NCBI GenBank assembly: GCA_963780225.1
Contig: CAWAAX010000005.1
Coordinates: 1-60,189 of the forward strand
Reading direction: 5' to 3'
DNA length: 60,189 nucleotides
Source of the DNA: an uncultured bacterium
GTDB lineage: Bacteria; Edwardsbacteria; AC1; EtOH8
In this document: positions 21,752-30,220 of the stretch, piece after piece
Layout of the letters: each line of letters starts with the position of its first letter
How positions within the stretch are numbered: the stretch's first letter is position 1
The notes under the pieces: generated by a model
Databases searched by the model: none
Told to the model about the DNA's origin: nothing
The model's input: only the letters and a program-made list of their open reading frames with translations
Program-made: the position numbers and the translations under genes

Positions 21752-22204
21752 CTAAAAGGGGAGGTCGTCATCGCTTTTGCTGAAGGCAGGCTCCTCGCCG
21801 TGAACCGGCTCGTGACTGGATTCCTGGCTGGTGGTTACTGTTCCAACAGAAGGCCGTCCTTCCCGGTCCAAAAACTCGATCCGGTCGGCCCGGATCTCTA
21901 TGGTGCTGCGCTTTTGCCCGTCCTCGGTCTCCCAGCTGCGGTTCTGAAGTTTTCCTTCCACCAGCACCGCCCGGCCCTTGGCCAGATACTGTTTGCAGAG
22001 TTCGGCCAGTTTTTGCCAGGCTACCACGCCCACATAGGTGGCCTCATCCTTCCATTCGCCGGTGGCGCTTTTGTAACGCCGGTTAAGGGCGATGGTAAAA
22101 TTGGCCACGCTGGTCCCATTGGTGGTCTGCCGGAGCTCGGGGTCCTTGGTGAGGCGGCCCACCATGAAAACACGGTTCAAATCGGCTAAACGCAATTCTG
22201 ACAT
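21752..22204 (-). CDS. ssb: Single-stranded DNA-binding protein
   Basis: GRLTKDPELR; C-terminal DDDLPF. Confidence 0.96.
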   Translation of the reverse strand: MSELRLADLNRVFMVGRLTKDPELRQTTNGTSVANFTIALNRRYKSATGEWKDEATYVGVVAWQKLAELCKQYLAKGRAVLVEGKLQNRSWETEDGQKRSTIEIRADRIEFLDREGRPSVGTVTTSQESSHEPVHGEEPAFSKSDDDLPF

Positions 22205-22271
22205 TATGCTTGATCCTTAAATGATTGTAATCTATATATCAGGTTATTTTACAAAACTAAAGGACGCCGGA

Positions 22272-22640
22272 TCAGACGATGACAGCTTCGGGAGCGGCTT
22301 CGGGGACCGCCTCGGGCGCAGCGGGGGCCAGGGCGGCCGCCACCAGTGCGCTGGGCACGTGGCCCTTGATGGTCAGGTGCCGGATGATGCTTTCGTCCAG
22401 CCGGATGTTGCGGTTGAGCTCGGCCGGCAGGGAGGCCGGAGAATTAAACTGGAGGCAGACGTAAAACCCTTCCCGCCGGCTGTTGATGGGGTAGGTCATT
22501 TTGCGGCGGCCCCATTTTTCCACCAGGACGATCTCTCCCTGGTTGTTCTTGATCAGCGCGGAGTATTTTTCCACCTGTTTGTCCACTCCGGCCTCATCAA
22601 CCGCCGGATCGATGATCAGTACTGTTTCGTAAGCGTTCAA
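22272..22640 (-). CDS. rpsF: 30S ribosomal protein S6
   Basis: YETVLII, WGRRKMTYPI, GFY. Confidence 0.95.
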   Translation of the reverse strand: MNAYETVLIIDPAVDEAGVDKQVEKYSALIKNNQGEIVLVEKWGRRKMTYPINSRREGFYVCLQFNSPASLPAELNRNIRLDESIIRHLTIKGHVPSALVAAALAPAAPEAVPEAAPEAVIV

Positions 22641-22666
22641 TTTTGTTTAAACTCCCTTGTATTGGT

Positions 22667-23263
22667 TTAGGATATATTTTGCTTATTTAAGTTGATGATG
22701 GCCTTCTCCACCCCGGCCCGGACCACTTCAGCGGCGGTCTTGGCCGCCAGTTCGGCCACCAACCCGACCTCGGCCCTTTCCGCTTTGGCAAAACTGGAAA
22801 GGACGAAATCCGCCATGTCCAGGGATTCGGGGACCGGGCCCATGCCCAGCCGCAGCCTGGCGAACTCCTGGCTGCTTAAGTGCTTGATGATCGACTTCAG
22901 TCCGTTATGCCCTCCGTCGGAGCCCTTGGCCCGGAGCCTTATCTTTCCCAGAGGCAGGTTGACGTCATCGCAGATCACCAGCAGTTGCGAGGCCGGGATC
23001 TTCTGATAGCTGAGGGCCTTGGCCACGGCCAGTCCGCTTTGGTTCATGAAGGTCAGGGGTTTTAAAAGGAACAGCCCGCGCTTGTTGTCACCGGCACAGG
23101 AATACAAGGCCCGCCTTTTCCAGCTGAGCTTAAGCTGTTCCGCCAGCAGGTCCAGTACCATGAATCCAAGATTGTGGCGGGTTTGGCTGTATTCCCGGCC
23201 GGGGTTGCCCAGTCCGGCCAGACACCAGATGTTCGTTTTCTTTTCTGAAGCTGAAGAAAGCAT
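22667..23263 (-). CDS. pth: Peptidyl-tRNA hydrolase
   Basis: GLGNPG, TRHNLGF, FMNQSG, GGHNGLKS. Confidence 0.96.
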   Translation of the reverse strand: MLSSASEKKTNIWCLAGLGNPGREYSQTRHNLGFMVLDLLAEQLKLSWKRRALYSCAGDNKRGLFLLKPLTFMNQSGLAVAKALSYQKIPASQLLVICDDVNLPLGKIRLRAKGSDGGHNGLKSIIKHLSSQEFARLRLGMGPVPESLDMADFVLSSFAKAERAEVGLVAELAAKTAAEVVRAGVEKAIINLNKQNIS

Positions 23264-23278
23264 AAGGGAGGGACAGGC

Positions 23279-23959
23279 CTAAACCTCTTCCTCGGCCTCC
23301 TTCTTTTTCTTGGCCACTAGTTCCGGTTCCTTGGGAGCACCCTCGGCTACAACGGCTACTGCGGCTGTTGCGCCATCGGCGGCTACCGGCTCGGCTTCGG
23401 CCCTGGGGGCCAGCACGCTGACCACCGGCTGGGTGGGAGCGCCGTGCAGCTCGGCCTTTTCCAGTTTGAGGTCGGAGATGTGCAGTGTCTGCCCCAGCTT
23501 AAGCCCCGAGACGTCGACCACGATCTTCTCCGGGATGTCGGTGGGCAAGCAGGAAAGCTCTATCGAATGCAGGGTCTGCTCCAGGCTGCCGCCCTCGTTC
23601 TTGACGCCGGTGGCTTCTCCTGTAAGGACGACGGGGACGTTGATCCTGATCTTCTCGGTCAGCAGGATCTCCTGAAAGTCCATGTGCAGCAGGGTGTTTC
23701 TCAACGGCTCGGTCTGCACCTGGCGCAGCAGGGCCTTCATCTGCTTTTTGTCATCGGCCATTTCCAGGTTGATGATCACGTTGTCGTGGGAGGCCAGTTT
23801 GAACAGGGGGATCAGCTCGGCCGAGTTTATAAAGATGGAGATGGCCGGCTGGCCGTGTCCGTAAAGCACTGCCGGGATCTTTCCTCCCCGGCGCATCTTC
23901 TTGGCCCGCTGTTTGCCGGTCTCCTCCCGGCGGTGGGCTGTCAAATTAACTTCGTTCAT
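23279..23959 (-). CDS. rplY: 50S ribosomal protein L25 (Ctc type)
   Basis: IPAVLYG, HMDF, GVKNEGG, CLPTDIP. Confidence 0.95.
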   Translation of the reverse strand: MNEVNLTAHRREETGKQRAKKMRRGGKIPAVLYGHGQPAISIFINSAELIPLFKLASHDNVIINLEMADDKKQMKALLRQVQTEPLRNTLLHMDFQEILLTEKIRINVPVVLTGEATGVKNEGGSLEQTLHSIELSCLPTDIPEKIVVDVSGLKLGQTLHISDLKLEKAELHGAPTQPVVSVLAPRAEAEPVAADGATAAVAVVAEGAPKEPELVAKKKKEAEEEV

Positions 23960-24025
23960 TTTTCAGTTGTCTTTCCTTGTGCTATTAGTTGGTGGTTAAT
24001 TCTTTTTTAATTTCATGTTCCGGCT

Positions 24026-24967
24026 TTAAACAAAAAGCGAGCTGACCGATTTTTCCTGGTGGATCCGCCGGATGGCCTCGGCCAGCAGCGTGGCGATGGA
24101 AAGCACCTTGATCTTGGATATCTTTTTTTCCGGGGTCAGCGGTATGGTGTCGGAAAGCACCAGCTCCTTGATGGGGGAGCGCTTCAGGGCGTCTATGGCG
24201 CTGCCGGAGAGGACCCCGTGGGTGGCGCAAGCGTAAATGTCCCGGGCCCCGTTCTTCTTTAAAATGATGGCCACCTCGCTGATGGTGCGGGCGGTGTCCA
24301 TAATATCATCGACTATCAGGCAGTTCTTTCCGGCTACATCGCCTACTACGTTAAGGATCTCAACCCGGTTGGGGCCGGGCCGTCTTTTGTCGATGATGGC
24401 CAGGGGGGTATGGTTGCCCAGCCGCTTGGCAAAGGCCCGGGCCCGGGGCACGCCGCCGGTATCGGGCGACACCACCACCAGATCCTTGAGCTTGTGTTTT
24501 ATGAAATGGCGGATCAGAACCGGCGAGGCATATAAATGATCGACCGGGATGTCAAAGAATCCCTGAATGGGCTCGGCGTGGAGGTCCAGCGTCAGGACCC
24601 GGTTGGCCCCGGCTATGGTGATCAGGTTGGCCACTAATTTGGCGGTGATGGGCACCCGGGGCTGGTCCTTGCGCTCCTGGCGGGAGTAACCGAAGTAGGG
24701 GATGACCGCAGTGATCCGCTTGGCCGAAGCCCTTTTGGCGGCATCGATCATGATCAGCAGTTCCATCAGATTGTCGCCGGGGGAGAAGGTGGGCTGGACG
24801 ATGAAAACATCGGCCCCCCGGATGTTTTCGTTGATCTTGACCCGGAGTTCTCCGTCCGAAAAATGACAGATGGTGCAGTCGCCCATGGGCTGGCGCAGGA
24901 CCTTGCAGATATCTTTGGTCAGCCCGGGATTAGCGGTCCCTGAAAAGATCTTCATTTCGTTTTGCAT
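24026..24967 (-). CDS. prs: Ribose-phosphate pyrophosphokinase
   Basis: FSDGE, PYFGYSRQ, DLHA, VSPDTGG, VDDIMDT. Confidence 0.97.
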   Translation of the reverse strand: MQNEMKIFSGTANPGLTKDICKVLRQPMGDCTICHFSDGELRVKINENIRGADVFIVQPTFSPGDNLMELLIMIDAAKRASAKRITAVIPYFGYSRQERKDQPRVPITAKLVANLITIAGANRVLTLDLHAEPIQGFFDIPVDHLYASPVLIRHFIKHKLKDLVVVSPDTGGVPRARAFAKRLGNHTPLAIIDKRRPGPNRVEILNVVGDVAGKNCLIVDDIMDTARTISEVAIILKKNGARDIYACATHGVLSGSAIDALKRSPIKELVLSDTIPLTPEKKISKIKVLSIATLLAEAIRRIHQEKSVSSLFV

Positions 24968-25003
24968 ATCTATTAAATGATTGATTGGCGAATGCTGTTA
25001 TCC

Positions 25004-25728
25004 TGGCCTGCCAGACGAAGCCTCTTGCTTGGTTTGATTGTATATAGCGTAGTCTGGCTCGGGGGGCAGCCCGCCTATGCAGATAAATGCAATGATAAAA
25101 GATGCTTCGGCGGACAAGGGACTACATATCTGATATTATGGTGGCCTATCGTAGACATTTGTTTTGGCCTGCCAGAAGAAGCCTCTAGTTTAATTCGCTT
25201 GTATATGGCGTAGTCTGGCTCGGGGGGCAGCCCGCCTATGCAGATAAATGCAATGATAAAAGATGCTTCGGCGGACAAGGGACTAAAAACTTAACCGGTA
25301 ATATTTATAATGTGGCCTAGTATAAATAAATGTTCTGGCCTGCAAGACGAAGCCTCTTGCTTGGTTTGATTGTATATAGCGTAGTCTGGCTCGGGGGGCA
25401 GCCCGCCTATGCAGATAAATGCAATGATAAAAGATGCTTCGGCGGACAAGGGACTAAAAACTTAACCGGTAATATTTATAATGTGGCCTAGTATAAATAA
25501 ATGTTCTGGCCTGCAAGACGAAGCCTCTTGCTTGGTTTGATTGTATATAGCGTAGTCTGGCTCGGGGGGCAGCCCGCCTATGCAGATAAATGCAATGATA
25601 AAAGATGCTTCGGCGGACAAGGGACTAAAAACTTAACCGGTAATATTTATAATGTGGCCTAGTATAAATAAATGTTCTGGCCTGCAAGACGAAGCCTCTT
25701 GCTTGGTTTGATTGTATATAGCGTAGTC
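25004..25728 (-). repeat. Tandem array downstream of tRNA-Gln: units start at 25004, 25165, 25336, 25507 and 25678 (period 161, then 171 x3); each complete unit contains a tRNA 3'-end copy and two opposed hairpin elements
   Basis: Direct alignment; the tggctcggggggcag tRNA-end copies start at 25055, 25216, 25387 and 25558. Confidence 0.95.
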
Positions 25729-25803
25729 TGGCTCGGGGGCAGGGACTCGAACCCTGGTTCTCAGCTCCAAAGGCTGGTGTCCTACCAATTGGACGACCCC
25801 CGA
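25729..25803 (-). tRNA. tRNA-Gln (anticodon TTG)
   Basis: Minus strand TCGGGGG...CAGC-CTTTGGA-GCTG...GGTTCGAGTCC...CCCCCGAGCCA cloverleaf with encoded CCA. Confidence 0.95.
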
Positions 25804-25807
25804 AAAT

Positions 25808-26050
25808 CTATCTTAATACTTTGTCCAGAAACTCCCGGCCTTGGCCAGTTTTTAAAAATGTTTCCCGCTTTCTTGCCTCAGATAAAGAAGGAAACTCTTC
25901 TTTGTAGATTAAAACCCAAGGTCTACAGTTTTTAGTATACTTGCATTTACAGCTGTTATGCGCTTTCAGCCGTTCTTCAATAGCACCAGTAGAACCGATA
26001 TACCTGGTGCCGTTAGGGACGCTTTTTAGGACGTAAATAAAATACGGCAT
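25808..26050 (-). CDS. Small stand-alone GIY-YIG nuclease (80 aa)
   Basis: YFIYVLKS...RYIGST...RLKAHN...YTK..RPW.LIY.E...ARKRE..LKTGQGR. Confidence 0.92.
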   Translation of the reverse strand: MPYFIYVLKSVPNGTRYIGSTGAIEERLKAHNSCKCKYTKNCRPWVLIYKEEFPSLSEARKRETFLKTGQGREFLDKVLR

Positions 26051-26055
26051 ATTAT

Positions 26056-26198
26056 GCGGGGACTCTCTGCCGGCAGTCATGCTATACTGCCGAGCGGCGG
26101 CAGATCCGCCGTCGCCGGGGAATTCATATATGCTGCCGGCGGAGAACCCTGGTTCTAAAGCTCCAAAGGCTGGTGTCCTACCAATTGGACGACCCCGA
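26056..26198 (-). pseudogene. Disrupted second tRNA-Gln copy with a 78-bp hairpin inserted in the T-loop; acceptor 3' strand lost
   Basis: 26144-26198 matches the tRNA 5' ~55 nt; gggactc resumes at 26059-26065; insert 26066-26143 has ends tctgccggcag/ctgccggcgga. Confidence 0.85.
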
Positions 26199-26350
26199 AT
26201 GCTATTGTATACTGCAATGATACAGGGCTGAAAATAGGAAATTAAAAAATGGGAAGTAGTGTCCTTGCCACTTTGGTGCTTCTTCAGTGTGTGCTTAGTG
26301 TTTTAGTGTCTTTGTGTCTTTGTGGCTAAGCTATAGTCGGGATAATAAAA

Positions 26351-26448
26351 AATTGACACCAGGCCGCTTGAAAGAGTCAAGCTTGGTAAGCCGCACGGAG
26401 ATGTCTCTGGACCTTTATGGCCAGTGACGCAGCGACCTACTGTCAATT
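26351..26448 (-). ncRNA. Candidate structured RNA (three-way junction) of unknown family
   Basis: Closing stem attgacagtaggtc/ggcctggtgtcaat, inner stems gctgc/gcggc, gtc-ctgg-cc/gg-ccag-gac and gcttga/tcaagc; G-U pairs favour the minus strand. Confidence 0.4.
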
Positions 26449-26537
26449 ATTTTTTTTAGCCCACTAAACTCACGAAAAGTATATTCGGCCTTTTTGTATC
26501 GTTTTCGTGCCTTTTCGTGGGAATGGAATATTTCCTG

Positions 26538-26846
26538 TTATTTTTCTTCGGTCGGGATCTCTGTCTCGGCTGGTCTGGAGGGGCCTTCCTTAAGCACCTT
26601 GTGGTATTCGTCCAGAATTGATTTTTCCAGCATCAGCCGGGTCTCGGCGTTGATGGGGTGGGCGATGTCCTTGTAGGTGCCGTCGGCCATTTTCCGGCTG
26701 GGCATGGCAATGAAGGGTCCGGTGGTTCCCTGGATGATCTTGATGCCGCGCACCGCAAAGGCATTGTCGAACGTGACGTTGGCAAAGGCCAAAAGTTTGT
26801 CGTTGTCCTTCTGCCGCAGCGAAACCCTGATCTCGGTGATCTTCAT
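26538..26846 (-). CDS. spoVG: SpoVG family protein
   Basis: MKITEIRV, FIAMPSRK, YKDIAHPIN. Confidence 0.95.
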   Translation of the reverse strand: MKITEIRVSLRQKDNDKLLAFANVTFDNAFAVRGIKIIQGTTGPFIAMPSRKMADGTYKDIAHPINAETRLMLEKSILDEYHKVLKEGPSRPAETEIPTEEK

Positions 26847-26918
26847 GCAAGTTATCCTTTTCGTCCGTTTATAGCTAGGTGGATGAAAATTCGTTGTATT
26901 AATTTAGGATAAACTTCT

Positions 26919-27815
26919 TTAGGATCTCTGGCTGACGGCGTAAAAGCAGCAGGGCCATTGGGGTTTCAGTTCTAAGACGGCCTGGCGGGCGGAACCGGGG
27001 TCGGCAAATATCCCGAAGACCGAAGAACCGCTGCCGGACATCAGGGCGCCCAGGGCGCCGCTTTTGACCAATTGTTGTTTGACCTGTTCTATCTGGGGGT
27101 GCAAGGGTGTGACCGCTTTTTCCAGATCGTTGCCAAGGGCTTTTGCCAATTGTTCCGGATCTGGTCCCAAAGACAGATCATTACCAATCATTTTACTAAA
27201 TCCCGGCTCTTTTGTCAATGATATTTTAAGGTTTTTATAGGCCCAGGCGGTGGAAACCCCGAACCCGGGATAGACTATCACGAAATGATAGTCTTGATTC
27301 CAGGTCAATGGTTCAATGTTCTCCCCCCGTCCGGTGACCACAGCGGTGCCGCCGGTCAAAAAATACGGGACATCCGAGCCCAGTTCCAGCGCCAGCCGGT
27401 GCAGTTCAAGATCGCCGAGTGACATGCCCCAGAGCTCAGCCAGGCCCAGCAGGGCGGCCGCGGCATCCGAAGATCCCCCGCCCAGGCCTGCCCCGATGGG
27501 GATGTTCTTGTTAAGAGCGATCTTAGCCCCTGGCAGCTTGTCATCCTGAGATAAGACTTTCTCTTTGCTGCCGAAGGATCTCTGCAGCAGCCGGGCGGCC
27601 TTGACCACCAGGTTCTTTTCGTTGACCGGCAGGTGCTGGTTATCACACGACAGGACTATCCGGCCATTCTCCAACGGCTCAAACTCCAGTTCATCGCACA
27701 GCGAGATCAAATGGAAGATGGACCAAAGGTTATGATACCCGTCGGGTCGTTTGCCCAGCACTTCAAGGTGAAGGTTGAGCTTGGCGTAGGCTTTCAATTT
27801 GATGGATAACGGCAT
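26919..27815 (-). CDS. ispE: 4-diphosphocytidyl-2-C-methyl-D-erythritol kinase
   Basis: AKLNLHL, DGYH, IPIGAGLGGGSSDAA, GSDVP, MSGSGS. Confidence 0.96.
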   Translation of the reverse strand: MPLSIKLKAYAKLNLHLEVLGKRPDGYHNLWSIFHLISLCDELEFEPLENGRIVLSCDNQHLPVNEKNLVVKAARLLQRSFGSKEKVLSQDDKLPGAKIALNKNIPIGAGLGGGSSDAAAALLGLAELWGMSLGDLELHRLALELGSDVPYFLTGGTAVVTGRGENIEPLTWNQDYHFVIVYPGFGVSTAWAYKNLKISLTKEPGFSKMIGNDLSLGPDPEQLAKALGNDLEKAVTPLHPQIEQVKQQLVKSGALGALMSGSGSSVFGIFADPGSARQAVLELKPQWPCCFYAVSQRS

Positions 27816-28000
27816 GAAAAATATTATACAACATTCCGGATCAAACTTAAAGATTTATTTTACTTTTAGTCTTGAATTATTATTTTGATAATGGTATATT
27901 TAGATATTATAACAGTAAACCAAAGGTTACCTAAATTCCAAATCCCGAAAGATTTACTGTTTCATGCGTTTAGGCTGCCGGATTTCATAGAAGGAGAATT

Positions 28001-28636
28001 ATGGCTGGGTTGGAATTTGAAAAATTGCTCAAGGCCGGAGAACTGTTATTCAAACAGGGTGACCCCGGTAACGAGATGTTCCTGATACGCTCCGGTACGG
28101 TCAAAATCACCCGCTCGGCCGGGACCGTCGAGAAGACCCTGGCGGTGCTCAAAGAGGGTGATTTCTTCGGCGAGATGGCGGTGATCGACGGCAGTCCCCG
28201 TTCGGCCACGGCCACGGCCATCGAGGAGACCAAGCTGATGATAGTGGACCGGGAAGCCTTCGACTCCCAGCTCAAGAACAATCCCATGATTGCCTACGTG
28301 CTGGAGACCATGTCCCGGCGCTTAAGGGAGACCAACAAACAGGTGGAGTTCCTGCTGATCCGCGACGAAATGAGAAGGGTGGTGGCCATGCTGGTCTCCA
28401 TGGCTAAGGAGCGGGGGGCTCACACCCCGGATGGGGTGGTAATTGATTTCCCCTATGACTATGCTACCCTGGGCGGGATGGTGGGTATAGAGGCATTTAA
28501 AACCGAAGAGATAGTCAAAAAACTTTTGAGTCTGAACCTGATCAAGATAGAGGACCGCAAGCTGATAATGCCCAGCCTCAATGATATCGACGAATATTTG
28601 AGATACATCACCCTCAAGGAAAAATTCTCCTCCTGA
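28001..28636 (+). CDS. Crp/Fnr-family cyclic-nucleotide-binding regulator
   Basis: GDFFGEMA, PRSATA and C-terminal HTH-like region. Confidence 0.88.
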   Translation: MAGLEFEKLLKAGELLFKQGDPGNEMFLIRSGTVKITRSAGTVEKTLAVLKEGDFFGEMAVIDGSPRSATATAIEETKLMIVDREAFDSQLKNNPMIAYVLETMSRRLRETNKQVEFLLIRDEMRRVVAMLVSMAKERGAHTPDGVVIDFPYDYATLGGMVGIEAFKTEEIVKKLLSLNLIKIEDRKLIMPSLNDIDEYLRYITLKEKFSS

Positions 28637-28773
28637 CCAAGATCCCCTAGCAGGGCTTACCACGGAAACACTGAACGGCAGAGATCACGGAAAAGTCATT
28701 GATTTCCGCATTCCGTGTTTCAGTGGTAAAGTAAACCTTCCGGTAAGATGCAACTCCTGCAGAGACTGAACCA

Positions 28774-29637
28774 ATGCGCGAATATCTGGACCTGGTAAAA
28801 TATGTTCTGGACAACGGGACGGCACAGAAGAACCGCACCGGGGTGGATACCTTGAGTTGTTTCGCCTGGTTCTACCAGGTCGACCTGCAAAAAGGGTTTC
28901 CCTTGTTGACCACCAAAAAGGTCAATTTCAATGCTATGTGCCACGAACTTTTCTGGTACCTGAGCGGCGAGGCACATATCCGTAATCTAAGAGATAAGAC
29001 CAAGATCTGGGGAGACTGGGCCAACGAGAAGGGCCTTCTTGAGACAGCCTACGGCAGGTTCTGGCGCAGGTTCCCTGTTCCGTCCAAGGCGGCCGAGGGT
29101 GAAAAATGGGGCAGCCGCTGGGTTACTACCGATCCAGAGACCGGGGACAAAGTTTTTGATCAGATCCAGTATATAGTAGACACTCTTAAGGAAATTAAAC
29201 AAAACCCTACCACACCAAACTTGAGGCGGATGGTGGTGACTGCCTGGCACCCAGGGAACGCCGCCGAAAGCAAACTGCCGCCCTGCCATTACACCTTCTG
29301 CTTCAGTGTCATCGGCGACCGGCTGAACTGCCACCTTACCCAGCGTTCCGGTGACATTGCCCTGGGCATACCCTTCAATCTGGCCTGCTATTCGCTTTTG
29401 ACCATGATGCTGGCCCAGGAGACTGGATTCAAACCTGGTAGTTTCGCCCATACCATCATCAACGCCCATATCTACGTCAATCATATAGACGGGCTCAAAA
29501 AACAGCTGGCCCGGGAGCCCCGGGAACTACCGACGATCAGGATTGCCGACAAACCTTTCTTCGAGCTTACTTCTGAGGATATCTCGCTGGAAGGCTACGA
29601 CCCGCACCCGGGAATAAAATTTTCCGTGGCGGTATGA
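28774..29637 (+). CDS. thyA: Thymidylate synthase
   Basis: NRTG, FPLLTTK, LPPCH, QRSGDIALGIPFN, HIYVNH. Confidence 0.96.
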   Translation: MREYLDLVKYVLDNGTAQKNRTGVDTLSCFAWFYQVDLQKGFPLLTTKKVNFNAMCHELFWYLSGEAHIRNLRDKTKIWGDWANEKGLLETAYGRFWRRFPVPSKAAEGEKWGSRWVTTDPETGDKVFDQIQYIVDTLKEIKQNPTTPNLRRMVVTAWHPGNAAESKLPPCHYTFCFSVIGDRLNCHLTQRSGDIALGIPFNLACYSLLTMMLAQETGFKPGSFAHTIINAHIYVNHIDGLKKQLAREPRELPTIRIADKPFFELTSEDISLEGYDPHPGIKFSVAV

Positions 29638-30107
29638 GCGGGCCGCAAAAAACAATCATCGTGGCCATGACCCGGAACCGGGTAATAGGCCTTAACGGCA
29701 AGATGCCTTGGCACATTTCTGATGACCTGAAGCTCTTTAAAAGGCTTACCCTGGGAGGCACGGTTATCATGGGCCGCACCACTTTTGAATCCATCGGCAA
29801 GACGCTCCCGGGCCGGAACAACATTGTGGTCAGCGCCACAGTAAAGGAGATACCGGGAGCAACAGTCTGCCAGGACTTCGAAAAAGCGGTTAAAAAGGCC
29901 GAGGGCCTGGAACGGGATATCTTCTTCATCGGCGGAGCCAGCATCTACAAACAAGCACTGTCTCTTGCAGATGCCATGCACGTCTCCTGGGTCAAACAGG
30001 AATATGCCGGCGATACCCGCTTCCCGGAATTTGATCTGGCTTTGTGGCAGGAAATAGAAAATAATGAATATCCTGAGTTCACACACATTCTGTATCGGCG
30101 GCAATGA
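29634..30107 (+). CDS. folA: Dihydrofolate reductase
   Basis: VIG..GKMPW, IMGRTT, LPGRNNIV, IGGASIY, GDTRFP. Confidence 0.95.
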   Translation: MSGPQKTIIVAMTRNRVIGLNGKMPWHISDDLKLFKRLTLGGTVIMGRTTFESIGKTLPGRNNIVVSATVKEIPGATVCQDFEKAVKKAEGLERDIFFIGGASIYKQALSLADAMHVSWVKQEYAGDTRFPEFDLALWQEIENNEYPEFTHILYRRQ

Positions 30108-30220
30108 AACAACCCCGGCCCAGCCTTCAGCCAAATAAAACAAGACTGTAAAAAAACGTCCTTAAAAACGGCAAGATATGGCTGCCGTCGATGGAAAATA
30201 TTAACTCTACACTCTCAAAA

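Noticed and set aside
25004..25728. CRISPR array
   Set aside because: Units are 161-171 bp, the intervening segments are identical or homologous rather than unique spacers, and no cas genes are in the window.
24977..25935. Short ORFs across the repeat array (24977-25213, 25075-25278, 25672-25935)
   Set aside because: They are translations of repeat or tRNA sequence with no RBS or recognisable motif.
26066..26143. tRNA intron
   Set aside because: The insert is in the T-loop, is too short for a group I intron, and the host copy lacks the acceptor 3' strand and CCA.
25729..26198. Classical prophage or ICE with attL/attR at tRNA-Gln
   Set aside because: Only about 250 bp separate the two tRNA copies, and there is no integrase or phage gene.
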